Positions 18,657-28,234 of a stretch of DNA of 64,000 nucleotides are shown here, one piece after another. The stretch lies in IMG/VR virus record IMGVR_UViG_3300023174_000046, positions 62,001 through 126,000 of that record. One strand, written 5' to 3'. Under the pieces are notes generated by a model. It was not told the origin of the DNA, did no database searches, and worked only from the letters and a program-made list of their open reading frames with translations. The translations under genes were made by a program, and so were the position numbers. Every line of letters begins with the position of its first letter. Within the stretch, counting starts at the first letter, position 1.

Positions 18657-21233
18657 GTGTATAGGAATGCTGTCTACTTACCTAAGAATGAATGTGTGCG
18701 TGTGTACACATGGGATGCAAATGGCAGGCGAACGTTTTATGACGCAACTTATAGGCCCTACCTTTACATAGAAAGTAATAATGGATCTGATCTAAAGTCA
18801 ATCTTTAATACTAATCTAAAGAAAATTTCCTTTAAGACGCAATATGACCGCAATGAATATATCAAGCGTGGCGCCACGCGAATATTTGAAAACACACCAC
18901 CCATACAGCAGCATTTAATTGATTCATATTGGGAGAAGAACGAAGATAAAGATTTTAGTGAGAATCCGCTCAAGCTTTATTTGCTTGATATTGAAACTTA
19001 TAGCCCAGATGAGTTCCCAGTACCTGACCAAGCTAAACACACAATTAACATCATAACAGTCTACGACTCACTGCAACAGCATTATTATACATGGGGCCTT
19101 AAACCGTATGTCAAGAAGGAAAAAAATGTAACGTATGTAAAGTGTGATAGTGAGAGCGAATTACTTAAGAAATTTATCAAATTTATTGAAATGGATCATC
19201 CTGATATTCTTTCAGGTTGGAATTGTGAATTTTTTGATATACCTTATATTATTAATAGAATAAAAAACATATTAGGCGACGAAGAAGTATTAAAACTTTC
19301 TCCTGTATTGAAACTGTACCCACGGTCTATTAAGGGTAAGTTCGGACAAGATCAAGTAAGATGGCATATTGAAGGCATATCTGTTATTGATTATCTAGAC
19401 ATTTATAAAAGATTTTGCATGGTGCAGAGAGAGAGCTACAAGCTTGATAATATTGCTCAGATTGAATTAAATGAAAGCAAGGTCGATTACGGTGATACTA
19501 ATCTTTCTTCGCTAGCCGATGATAACTGGGAAACGTTTGTTGATTATAATATACAAGACGTAAAGATTTTAGTTAAGCTTGAAGATAAACTAAGATATCT
19601 CGAATTGCTTCGAATGCTTGCATACACAGGGTTAACTACATTTGAAGCGGCAATGGGATCACTGTCTGTTATTACAGGCGCTACTGCAATACGTGCGAGA
19701 TATAGGCAGCAGAGAATTCCTACATTCATCAGAAATGATACTAATAAAGCAAAAAATCCCGGAGCTTACGTGAGCGAACCACAACAAGGCTTTCAAGAGC
19801 ATATTGTATCATTTGATGCAAACAGTCTATATCCCAACACGATGATATCCCTCAATCTTTCACCCGAGACAAAGATGGGTAAAATTGAAAATATTGACAA
19901 AGATACAGGTAACGTTCTCTTTAGAGATGTCAATGGAACATCTTTCACTCTCTCGAGAGAAAAATTCGCACAGCTTATTAAAAAAGAACAATTATCTATA
20001 TCCAGATCAAAGGTTCTTTTTTCACAGAAAAAGAAAGGAATTATACCGGAGATTGTTGATAGGTATTATTCACAGCGAGTTGAGATTAAGCACGAACTCA
20101 AAAAGCTGAAGAAGGTACTCGCAACTCTTGATAAAAAAAGTCAGGAATATATTGATACACAAGCTGAAGTGAATAGATTAAACATCAAACAGCATACAAT
20201 AAAGATTTTTATTAATACGATTTATGGTTACTTTGGTAACAAGCATGCACCCATTGGTGATGATGATTTGGCTTCTTCAATTACTCTTACTGGGCAATCT
20301 GTTATTAAGCAGTGTAACGAATTGGTACGAAATTTTATTAAAGAAAAAATTAATATTGCGGAATTGCCAGTAGATCCTGTCATATATAATGACACCGATA
20401 GCGTATATGTTACGCTTAAGAACCTTGTAACCAATCTCAATGTACCAGTGTTAGATAAGAACAAGCATGTCACAAAAGAATATCACAAACTCGTGGATGA
20501 ACTTGAAGCCTATCTCAATAAGCATATTACTAAGTGGGGTACCGATTCATTGAATTCAACAGATTGTCGGTTTGTCTTTAAGCGCGAAGCAATTGCAGAT
20601 GTTGGTATTTTCTTGCAGAAAAAAAGATACATTCTTCACTTACTCGACGAAGAGGGCATACCTTGCGACAAATTTAAATACACCGGTGTTGAAGTTGTTC
20701 GAACAACAATGCCAAGAGCAATTAAACCACACGTTAAGAAGATTATTACAACAATGCTAATGTCAAAAAATCAAACCGAAACAAATAAAGTTTTAAATGA
20801 GACGTATGATATATTTAAAAATCTTCCTCTAGAAGATATATCTTTTGTGTCGGGTATTAAGAACTACGAAAAATATGCTGCACAGTGTGACAATTTTAGA
20901 GTAGTAAAAGGAATGCCTAACCATGTTAAGGCTGCATACTATCACAATTTCTTGCTTAAAAAACTCAATATCGATAAAAAATACGAAAGTATTAATTCGG
21001 GTGATAAAATAAGATTTTTTTATGTCCGCAAACCCAATCCGTACGGCTTAACATCAATCGCTTTCAAGTACTATTACCCGAAAGAATTTACAAACGTCTT
21101 TGAACCTGACTATGAGCTTATGTTTAACAAAATTGTATTTAGCGCAATAGAAAGGTTATATGACGCTGTGCAATGGAAAGCTATTGAACCTGGACAACAG
21201 GTACAATGTGATTTATTTGAATTACTATCTTGA
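18657..21233 (+). CDS. gp43: Family B DNA polymerase
   Basis: DIET (ExoI), GWN..FFDIPY, YN.QDV, SFDANSLYP, K...NTIYGYFG, YNDTDS, KKRY; promoter TTGTAA-N16-TATTAT-N6-GTG. Confidence 0.97.
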   Translation: MYRNAVYLPKNECVRVYTWDANGRRTFYDATYRPYLYIESNNGSDLKSIFNTNLKKISFKTQYDRNEYIKRGATRIFENTPPIQQHLIDSYWEKNEDKDFSENPLKLYLLDIETYSPDEFPVPDQAKHTINIITVYDSLQQHYYTWGLKPYVKKEKNVTYVKCDSESELLKKFIKFIEMDHPDILSGWNCEFFDIPYIINRIKNILGDEEVLKLSPVLKLYPRSIKGKFGQDQVRWHIEGISVIDYLDIYKRFCMVQRESYKLDNIAQIELNESKVDYGDTNLSSLADDNWETFVDYNIQDVKILVKLEDKLRYLELLRMLAYTGLTTFEAAMGSLSVITGATAIRARYRQQRIPTFIRNDTNKAKNPGAYVSEPQQGFQEHIVSFDANSLYPNTMISLNLSPETKMGKIENIDKDTGNVLFRDVNGTSFTLSREKFAQLIKKEQLSISRSKVLFSQKKKGIIPEIVDRYYSQRVEIKHELKKLKKVLATLDKKSQEYIDTQAEVNRLNIKQHTIKIFINTIYGYFGNKHAPIGDDDLASSITLTGQSVIKQCNELVRNFIKEKINIAELPVDPVIYNDTDSVYVTLKNLVTNLNVPVLDKNKHVTKEYHKLVDELEAYLNKHITKWGTDSLNSTDCRFVFKREAIADVGIFLQKKRYILHLLDEEGIPCDKFKYTGVEVVRTTMPRAIKPHVKKIITTMLMSKNQTETNKVLNETYDIFKNLPLEDISFVSGIKNYEKYAAQCDNFRVVKGMPNHVKAAYYHNFLLKKLNIDKKYESINSGDKIRFFYVRKPNPYGLTSIAFKYYYPKEFTNVFEPDYELMFNKIVFSAIERLYDAVQWKAIEPGQQVQCDLFELLS

Positions 21234-21263
21234 TTTTTTTATTCTTTATTATAATATTTAAAT

Positions 21264-21650
21264 ATGAGCAAAACATTAAACGTTACTACATTCGTTGACC
21301 ATATTGGTCGCGTTATTCTTGGTGAAGTTGTATCTGATACAAAAGATACACTCAAGATTAAGAACCCTGCAATCGTCCATATTGGACAAAACCCACAAAC
21401 TGGTCAAATCCAGGTACAGACAATTCCTTATTTCTTTAGGGAATTTGTTGCTGCAAATGCACAAAAAGAAGGTACAACGTGGAACTTTGGCAAAGATAAG
21501 ATTGTTACTGGCGATGTTGAGCTTGATTCCAGGCTTATTGAGCAGTACGAGAAGCTCTTCAGTGGCGTACCACAAGCGGTAGCCCCTGCACCTCAGCAGA
21601 GATCTGCTGGTGCCGATAAAGCTGAAGTTATTAAGTTGTTTGACGAATAA
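21264..21650 (+). CDS. Conserved hypothetical protein (possibly Sm-like beta fold)
   Basis: Beta-rich GRVILGEV...LKIKNPAIV; own promoter TTGATT-N16-TAATAT-N6-ATG. Confidence 0.65.
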   Translation: MSKTLNVTTFVDHIGRVILGEVVSDTKDTLKIKNPAIVHIGQNPQTGQIQVQTIPYFFREFVAANAQKEGTTWNFGKDKIVTGDVELDSRLIEQYEKLFSGVPQAVAPAPQQRSAGADKAEVIKLFDE

Positions 21651-22801
21651 TGTCTCTCAATAAAGATATCCGGAGCGTACTTGATACTATTGATAGTATC
21701 AATCCACATGCAACCTACCTTTCGGAAGGCACTCTTTCAAAGGTAGACGGTTGGATTAGTACAGGTTCATATGTATTAAACGCTATTATTTCAGGTAGCA
21801 TCAATAAAGGTGTGCCTAGAAATAGAGTAACTTTGTTTGCAGGAGAGAGCATGACTGGTAAAACCTATGTTATTACTAAAATCCTCGCTAATGCTCAAAA
21901 GGAAGGGTTAGTTCCGGTTATTTTTGATACCGAAGGCGCCATTGATTCTGAATCAGCAGCTAAGCTCGGCCTTGACACAACAAAAGTAAAATATGTTCCC
22001 TGTTTTTCAATTGAAGAGACAAGAAACACAATTTATAATTTCCTTACAAAAGTTAAGGAAAATGGTCAAGAGGGAAAGTTTATTATTGCTATTGATTCTC
22101 TTGGTAATCTTGAGAATCAGCTCTCTTTAGATAGAATGACTAAAGAGAGCAGCTCAACTGATATGGGTACAAGAGCAAGAGCAATTAAGAGCTTGCTCAA
22201 GACGTGCACAAATATGTCACGCTTAACTAAGACAACATTCTTAATTACCAACCATACGTATGATGACCCAAGTGCAATGTATGAAAGTATGATCAAGCAG
22301 CAACCAGGCGGTAAAAGTGTTTGGTATTTGTCAGATGTAACAGTACAATTAGCACGTAAGCCTGAAAAAGATGACGGCGGTAAAGCAGTAGATAGCAAAT
22401 TAGCTGTTGGTCAACGCAATTACCCAGGTGTCATTCTCCGTGCACTTACTGTTAAGAATAGATTTGTCCGCCAATACCTACAAGGTGAAATGTATTTGAG
22501 TTTTGAGTCTGGTCTTAACAAATACTATGGTCTACTGGACCTTGCAGTTGGTTTCGGTATTGTTGTACAGAATGGTGCAACATATGCTCTTGCTGATGGC
22601 ACTAAGTTGGGATATTATAAGACATGGAGAACAGATGAAGAGCTTTGGAATACGAAATTGTTACCTGCTATTGAAGCTAAGATTAATATCGAGTGGCAGT
22701 ACGGTAATTCAGATGAAGTACCGGACGAACTACCTTCTGAAGAAGCACCAGTTGCAAAGAAAACAAAAGGTGCTAAACTGGCTGAAGATGTCGACGAATA
22801 A
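21650..22801 (+). CDS. uvsX: RecA-like recombinase UvsX
   Basis: WISTGSYVLN, AGESMTGKT, FDTE, IDSLGNL, DMGTRA, TNHTY, PGG. Confidence 0.95.
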   Translation: MSLNKDIRSVLDTIDSINPHATYLSEGTLSKVDGWISTGSYVLNAIISGSINKGVPRNRVTLFAGESMTGKTYVITKILANAQKEGLVPVIFDTEGAIDSESAAKLGLDTTKVKYVPCFSIEETRNTIYNFLTKVKENGQEGKFIIAIDSLGNLENQLSLDRMTKESSSTDMGTRARAIKSLLKTCTNMSRLTKTTFLITNHTYDDPSAMYESMIKQQPGGKSVWYLSDVTVQLARKPEKDDGGKAVDSKLAVGQRNYPGVILRALTVKNRFVRQYLQGEMYLSFESGLNKYYGLLDLAVGFGIVVQNGATYALADGTKLGYYKTWRTDEELWNTKLLPAIEAKINIEWQYGNSDEVPDELPSEEAPVAKKTKGAKLAEDVDE

Positions 22802-23525
22802 GAAACCTGCTATAGTAGTTCCTGTTAGTGGTGGTATGGATAGTACCGTGCTGCTATATAAAGCTGCAGGTGAGTTTGAAAAACTACACTGCATAAGCTT
22901 TGACTACAATCAAAAGCATAGAAAAGAATTAAATTATGCAACACTGCAAGTAGGCTTAATAAGAGATAAAATTGGTAAAGAAAATATTACTCACGATATA
23001 ATTGATCTATCTTTTTTTAAAGATATTGCTTCGACATCTGCTCTCACAAATACTAATATTGCTGTTGCAAAAGCTCGTAATGTAATGGGCGATCCACAAA
23101 CAGTAAATTATGTACCGTTTAGAAATTTAATGCTACTTAGCATATGTCTTGCACATGCTGAAAGTCATAACACTACAACAGTATGGCATGGGGCTGCGCA
23201 AGCTGATAGTATTGCTGGTTATTGGGATGGCAGTACTGAGTTTATTACCGAGCTCAATAAAGTGGCTAGTTTGAATCGTAGATTACGAATTAATGTGGAG
23301 GCGCCTTTATTAACAAAGTCAAAGTTAGATATTGTTACATTGGGTGTACACTTGAACGTACCCTTTAAAGATACATGGACATGCTATGAGGGTGAACAAG
23401 AAGCATGCGGTGAATGTACTGCATGCAGTCTTCGCTTACAAGGTTTTATTAAAGCAGGCTTTATTGATCCTATCCCTTATAAGAAAGAAATAGACTGGAA
23501 TTCTTTCAACTGTATTCCATTATAA
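22788..23525 (+). CDS. queC: 7-cyano-7-deazaguanine synthase (real start MSTNKK at 22788)
   Basis: SGGMDS PP-loop, FDYNQKH..E, YVPFRN, TWTCY..CGECTAC..R Zn site. Confidence 0.95.
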   Translation: MSTNKKPAIVVPVSGGMDSTVLLYKAAGEFEKLHCISFDYNQKHRKELNYATLQVGLIRDKIGKENITHDIIDLSFFKDIASTSALTNTNIAVAKARNVMGDPQTVNYVPFRNLMLLSICLAHAESHNTTTVWHGAAQADSIAGYWDGSTEFITELNKVASLNRRLRINVEAPLLTKSKLDIVTLGVHLNVPFKDTWTCYEGEQEACGECTACSLRLQGFIKAGFIDPIPYKKEIDWNSFNCIPL

Positions 23526-23529
23526 TAAA

Positions 23530-24180
23530 ATGTGTGGTATATTTGGAGCTACAGATAAAGAAAGATTTAAATCTCTTTATAATTTAAATAAGCAGAGAGG
23601 TAATTTTTCTTTTGGTTGCTGCTTCTTAACACAAGATAGACGGTCTCAGTATTGTGAATCTGCACCTGGTGAAGTTAATCTTGATGATTTAATGAGCGAT
23701 AATTACTACTATCTTCTAGGTCATACACAGGCCCCTACTTCATCAGCTCGTGGGTATGATAGAGCCACTTCACATCCTTTTGTGGATGGTGATTGGGTTG
23801 TTGCACATAACGGTGTATTATCTAATTTTGAAATCTTAAAGCAAAAATATGTACCAGAGCACGCAAACCCTGTCGATAGTAGCATCATACCAGTGCTCTT
23901 AAGCTATATGCAGGAAGATGATGAGGTACAGACAATTAAAAATGTATTAGAAGCTATTGAGGGAACTTATAGTTTGTGGCTCTTCAATCATGTTAGTAAA
24001 AATATCTATGTTGTACGGTGCGGTAGTACACTCTATGGTGATATTATTAAATGTGAGTTCTCATCATACCCAGATATTGGCTTGAGTGAACTTGATGATA
24101 ATGCTCTTTATTTGGTTACACAAGAGGGGTTAACAAAGGTCTCAGGATTTGATGGCAACAGCCCGTTTTTTATTATATGA
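23530..24180 (+). CDS. Stand-alone class II (Ntn) glutamine amidotransferase
   Basis: MCGIFG N-terminal nucleophile, RG, GHTQAPT, HPF, AHNGVL.NF, VDS. Confidence 0.88.
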   Translation: MCGIFGATDKERFKSLYNLNKQRGNFSFGCCFLTQDRRSQYCESAPGEVNLDDLMSDNYYYLLGHTQAPTSSARGYDRATSHPFVDGDWVVAHNGVLSNFEILKQKYVPEHANPVDSSIIPVLLSYMQEDDEVQTIKNVLEAIEGTYSLWLFNHVSKNIYVVRCGSTLYGDIIKCEFSSYPDIGLSELDDNALYLVTQEGLTKVSGFDGNSPFFII

Positions 24181-24851
24181 ATATTTGTATTTTTAGCTGT
24201 ACTACTAAGAGCGATGAGACACAGACAGATCTATATAAGAGTTGTTTAGAATTTGAGCATCTAGATGTGTATTTTAAGAAGGAAAACGCAGATGGGTTAT
24301 CTAAATCGTATAATAATTTTTTATATAGTAAGGAGGCTAGCGAATATGATATTGTTGTTTTTTGCCATGATGATGTTTTTATCGATGATCTTAAGCTAAA
24401 AAACAAATTACAAGCTGCAACTGACCTTGGTTACGATATTATAGGTCTTGCTGGCTGTGTTAATCCGAAAATTATAAGACCTGCACTATGGCATCTTATG
24501 GCAGGCGGATTTAATAGCAATAATTTAAGAGGAATTGTAAATCACTATCAGGATGAAACACGCGCGCATCATTTTGCAACAAATTTTGGACCTACACCTT
24601 CGCGGGTTGCATTATTAGATGGTCTTTTTCTTGCTGTTAACGTTGGAAAGGCAAAAGAGGTTGGATGGGGCTTTAATGAAAACTACAATTTTCATCACTA
24701 TGATATTGCCTCTTGTCTAGACGCAAATAATAAAAAATTAAAATTAGGCGTTTACCCTATAAATGTTATTCACTGCTCGCACGGGCTCCGATCTTTTGAT
24801 GACAACTTTAAGAATAGTGAAGATGCCTTTATGCGAGAATATTCTCGTTGA
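24177..24851 (+). CDS. GT-A fold glycosyltransferase-like protein
   Basis: GLSKSYN, VVFCHDDV (DxD-like), IIGLAG, LDGLFLA, FHHYD, H.S.G. Confidence 0.8.
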   Translation: MNICIFSCTTKSDETQTDLYKSCLEFEHLDVYFKKENADGLSKSYNNFLYSKEASEYDIVVFCHDDVFIDDLKLKNKLQAATDLGYDIIGLAGCVNPKIIRPALWHLMAGGFNSNNLRGIVNHYQDETRAHHFATNFGPTPSRVALLDGLFLAVNVGKAKEVGWGFNENYNFHHYDIASCLDANNKKLKLGVYPINVIHCSHGLRSFDDNFKNSEDAFMREYSR

Positions 24852-24881
24852 TTAATTTATACTTTCTTTTATTATTAAATT

Positions 24882-26216
24882 ATGCAAGACCGTGCTTTAG
24901 ATTTGGATTTCTTTGAGCATGTTGTTTTATATAAATCGCTTACTGACGAAAAATTTTTAGGCTCGATTGTAGATATTGTTAAGCCAGCTTTCTTTAAAGA
25001 CAAGAATATTAAGAGTATTTTTAGTATTATTAAAGAATTTTATATTAAAAATACCACAGTACCTACCTTAACTGAAATTAAGGCTTACTTGAGCACTGAT
25101 AAGCTTAAAGAAAGCTTCAAAGAATCAATTTCGAAATTTAAAGATATTGACAAAAACTTTAATGAAGAAGAACTTTACCGCAATACAGAAAGATTTTTAA
25201 GAGAAAAAGCTGTTTATACAACAATGCTTGAAGTTGCAGATAAATGCTCAAAAGGTGAGATCAATACTGCAGAAATTTTGGAAAAGTTTGATAGTTCTTG
25301 CAGTATTAATCTGTCAGTAGATCTTGGTATAGAGATACTTTCAAACTCACAGCTCATTGTTGATGATTTAAATAAAGTTGAAAGCTTTATTTCTACTGGG
25401 TACCCTTGGATTGATCAACGTATAGGTGGAGGCTTGCAAGAAAACGGCAGGTCTTTGTATGTTTTTGCAGGTGAAACAAATATTGGCAAGTCAATTTTTC
25501 TCGCTAACGTCGCTACTAATATTGCAAAACAAAATAAAACGGTTTTATTGATTTCACTAGAAATGCCTGAATTGATATATGCAAAACGACTTTCGTCTAA
25601 TATTACAAAAATTCCAATCTTTAGATTAAAGGGTGAACAGGATCAGCTCAAGATTGGCTTGGATGAATTTAATAGAAAAAACCCTAATGCCCGGATTTAT
25701 GTAAAAGAGTTTCCACCATCGACTATTTCACCCTTACAACTAAATGCATTTATTAAGAAGTTTATTGCAAAAGGAATAAAAGTAGATGCAATTGTATTAG
25801 ATTATCTCAATCTCATACACTCTCCTACAGGGACCAATTCATATGAAAGGGTAAAATATGTTACTGAAAAGATTCGAGCTTTGTCTTATATTTTTAATTG
25901 TCCTATTATTTCAGCAACACAATTAAATCGCTCTGGTTATAGTGAATCAGACCCATCTATAGCCACAATTAGTGAAAGCATTGGTTTAGCTGCGACTGCA
26001 GATGTTGTCATGAGTATTTTTCAGACAGATGAAGAAAGAGAGCTGGGAGTTATTCACTTAGGTATGATGAAAAATCGCTTTGGACCAAATTTTGGAAACG
26101 TTTTATTGAGAATAGATTACCCCACATTAACAATTTCACAAGATGATACTATAAATGATACTGACGAAAGCAATTCGTTGACGTCAACCCTCAAAGTATT
26201 AGCAGATAACAATTGA
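24882..26216 (+). CDS. gp41: Replicative DnaB-like helicase
   Basis: AGETNIGKS, SLEM, DYLNL, SATQLNRSG, SESIGLAATAD, KNRFG; promoter TTGATT-N16-TATTAT-N6-ATG. Confidence 0.95.
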   Translation: MQDRALDLDFFEHVVLYKSLTDEKFLGSIVDIVKPAFFKDKNIKSIFSIIKEFYIKNTTVPTLTEIKAYLSTDKLKESFKESISKFKDIDKNFNEEELYRNTERFLREKAVYTTMLEVADKCSKGEINTAEILEKFDSSCSINLSVDLGIEILSNSQLIVDDLNKVESFISTGYPWIDQRIGGGLQENGRSLYVFAGETNIGKSIFLANVATNIAKQNKTVLLISLEMPELIYAKRLSSNITKIPIFRLKGEQDQLKIGLDEFNRKNPNARIYVKEFPPSTISPLQLNAFIKKFIAKGIKVDAIVLDYLNLIHSPTGTNSYERVKYVTEKIRALSYIFNCPIISATQLNRSGYSESDPSIATISESIGLAATADVVMSIFQTDEERELGVIHLGMMKNRFGPNFGNVLLRIDYPTLTISQDDTINDTDESNSLTSTLKVLADNN

Positions 26217-26247
26217 TTATCAATAGATTTTCCTAAATACTTATAGA

Positions 26248-27132
26248 ATGCAGGGAAAATACTGTTTTGTGGTGCCATCAAATATTGAGGCAGCCGCTTG
26301 TGTATTGTCATTTTTATGGCTTACCAAGAAAGAGGATATTACCACAATTGTGTCTTCAGAAAATAATTTACAAAAAGATCTCGAAAAAATAAAATTAGAT
26401 TCTTTTAAGTTTGTTTATATTGTTGGTTTTTATGATTTTAAAAACTTTAACCATGCATATGATCGCAAGAATGTTTACATTATTAATAAGAAAATTACCA
26501 ACATGCCTAGTTTCAATGAAGCACACATCATTACAGACGGTGATACAACTCTTGATTTATTAATAAATTTACTTCAAAAACATACTGAAAACAAATTTAG
26601 CAATAACCAAGAAATCTTCTTAGATAATATTAAAAAATACTTAACTTTTACGTTTGATAACGATCTTATACCGTTAAAGTTGTTTTATTACTTTAAAACA
26701 CAACCCGATATGAATAAGGTTGATGCGTTTATACGTAAATTTAATTCCGGTTTAATTTTATTCAGTGAAACAGAAAACTACAAAATAAACTTACTACTTA
26801 AAGAGTTAGCTATAACACTTAAATCGCTAAAACTATTCAAAGGTACTTTAAATCACAACAATAAAACCTTATCTGTAGTTTCTACTTTTAGTGCTAAATT
26901 TAAAAATGAAGTTGCACACAAGATTCTCAAGAAAGGTTTTAACATCTCTCTTGTATTGGATCTTGAAAAGAAAACAGCACATTTCCGAAAAAGTAAAGGG
27001 ATTGACATTGACTTAGGAGATTATGTGCATAAATGTTTTTCAGGCTATGGAACAGAATATGCAGCATTTTGTAAGCTCAACGAACAAATTATTGACTTAA
27101 CTAAGAACTTCTTCCCACTAAATGAACATTAA
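26248..27132 (+). CDS. Degenerate DHH/DHHA1-family phosphoesterase-like protein
   Basis: C-terminal DHHA1-like HFRKSK..DIDLG.Y...FSGYG.EYAA; catalytic DxD, DHH and GGGH motifs replaced. Confidence 0.6.
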   Translation: MQGKYCFVVPSNIEAAACVLSFLWLTKKEDITTIVSSENNLQKDLEKIKLDSFKFVYIVGFYDFKNFNHAYDRKNVYIINKKITNMPSFNEAHIITDGDTTLDLLINLLQKHTENKFSNNQEIFLDNIKKYLTFTFDNDLIPLKLFYYFKTQPDMNKVDAFIRKFNSGLILFSETENYKINLLLKELAITLKSLKLFKGTLNHNNKTLSVVSTFSAKFKNEVAHKILKKGFNISLVLDLEKKTAHFRKSKGIDIDLGDYVHKCFSGYGTEYAAFCKLNEQIIDLTKNFFPLNEH

Positions 27133-27409
27133 AGAACTCAATCCTTCCTTTAAAATGGTTGAGTCAGAAACAATGCATAACTTCCTATCTTTTTGCACCT
27201 TTATATACCTTATCAATGGAAAAAAGCTTAATCTTGCTAATATTTTTCTATTATGCCTAAAAAACGAAAACATCAAAAAGCTCTATAAAAGAATTTTAGA
27301 AGTGGATAATGATTTTTATGCATTTAAAATGTTCTTTGAATTTGATCCAACCCTGTACAAGAGTAAATATATAATGAAATTTTTAAGTAAGGATAAATGT
27401 GAGAAATAA
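27122..27409 (+). CDS. Hypothetical protein (95 aa)
   Basis: Overlaps both neighbours within the operon. Confidence 0.65.
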   Translation: MNIKELNPSFKMVESETMHNFLSFCTFIYLINGKKLNLANIFLLCLKNENIKKLYKRILEVDNDFYAFKMFFEFDPTLYKSKYIMKFLSKDKCEK

Positions 27410-27602
27410 TGCTGAAGTAAAACTAGAGCTGAAGAAATCTTCTAATAAAGAATATTTTGACAAAAAGCTAAATGCATTTTCAAAATTAGTCAAGAGAAGC
27501 GGCATACTCGAAGACTTGAAGTGGAAGAAGTGCGCCTACAAACCATCAATGCTTAAGAAATTAAAGAAAAAGAATGCACACTTGAAGTGGAAGTTCTATT
27601 GA
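27399..27602 (+). CDS. rpsU: Phage-encoded 30S ribosomal protein bS21 homolog
   Basis: EYFDKKLNAFSKLVKRSGILEDLK....YKPS..KKLKKK aligns by eye to bS21 E.FD.ALRRFKR...KAG.L.E...R.FYEKP...RK.K; 67 aa, basic. Confidence 0.8.
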   Translation: MRNNAEVKLELKKSSNKEYFDKKLNAFSKLVKRSGILEDLKWKKCAYKPSMLKKLKKKNAHLKWKFY

Positions 27603-28234
27603 TGTTAAGCGATTTCGAAAAATTCATTTATAATAAACATTTAAGCTGCACGAAGAGGGTACAAAATAAGCCCTACACTCTTCGTAAAGACTTCTCCAAT
27701 GTTGATAATTCTACCGCTTTTTATCTTAAAAAGTTGGGTCTTTTTTTTAATAAATTTAAACAAATAGAGATAGATGATTTTTTTAACGCCCCGTTCAAGC
27801 TGTATAAAGATGAAAATTATTTTGACTTAAAATATTACATCTCACCGAAAGCAGTTAACACATATAACATATATAAAAAACAAAAAGAGACGCAGGATCC
27901 CGATACTACTGAAATTCTCAAACACACATTATCCTCACTAAAATTTATAAAAGATTATTGCTGTCAGCATAATATACAAATAAAAGATTACTTAAACTTT
28001 ACTGAAGACAATAATACTTTACCTGCATTTATAGGACATCTTCAAGCACACAGTATTAATTTTTACTCACTAATGGGGTTCAGCAATTTTATGAAGAAAT
28101 TAACACAAAATTTTGAAACCCATAAATTTGTTCTCGGAAGCGTTCTCGACAATATAAATGAAATTTATGGCAATTTTGTGCGGTCGAAAAAACTAAAAGT
28201 TTTAGTAAGAGAAGGTATAAAGAAAATCGCTTGA
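27602..28234 (+). CDS. gp59: Helicase loader gp59-like protein
   Basis: ~210 aa immediately upstream of gp32 as in T4; AFIGHLQAHSINFYSL resembles T4 gp59 YIFKLLQSNIISFETF. Confidence 0.6.
   Translation: MLSDFEKFIYNKHLSCTKRVQNKPYTLRKDFSNVDNSTAFYLKKLGLFFNKFKQIEIDDFFNAPFKLYKDENYFDLKYYISPKAVNTYNIYKKQKETQDPDTTEILKHTLSSLKFIKDYCCQHNIQIKDYLNFTEDNNTLPAFIGHLQAHSINFYSLMGFSNFMKKLTQNFETHKFVLGSVLDNINEIYGNFVRSKKLKVLVREGIKKIA

Noticed and set aside
20385-20402. YNDTDS instead of YGDTDS in the polymerase as a sign of modified-base incorporation
   Set aside because: Catalytic DTD is intact and this position varies among family B polymerases; no support on its own
22503-22787. N-terminal extension of QueC
   Set aside because: Out-of-frame overlap with uvsX; QueC motifs begin after Met 22788
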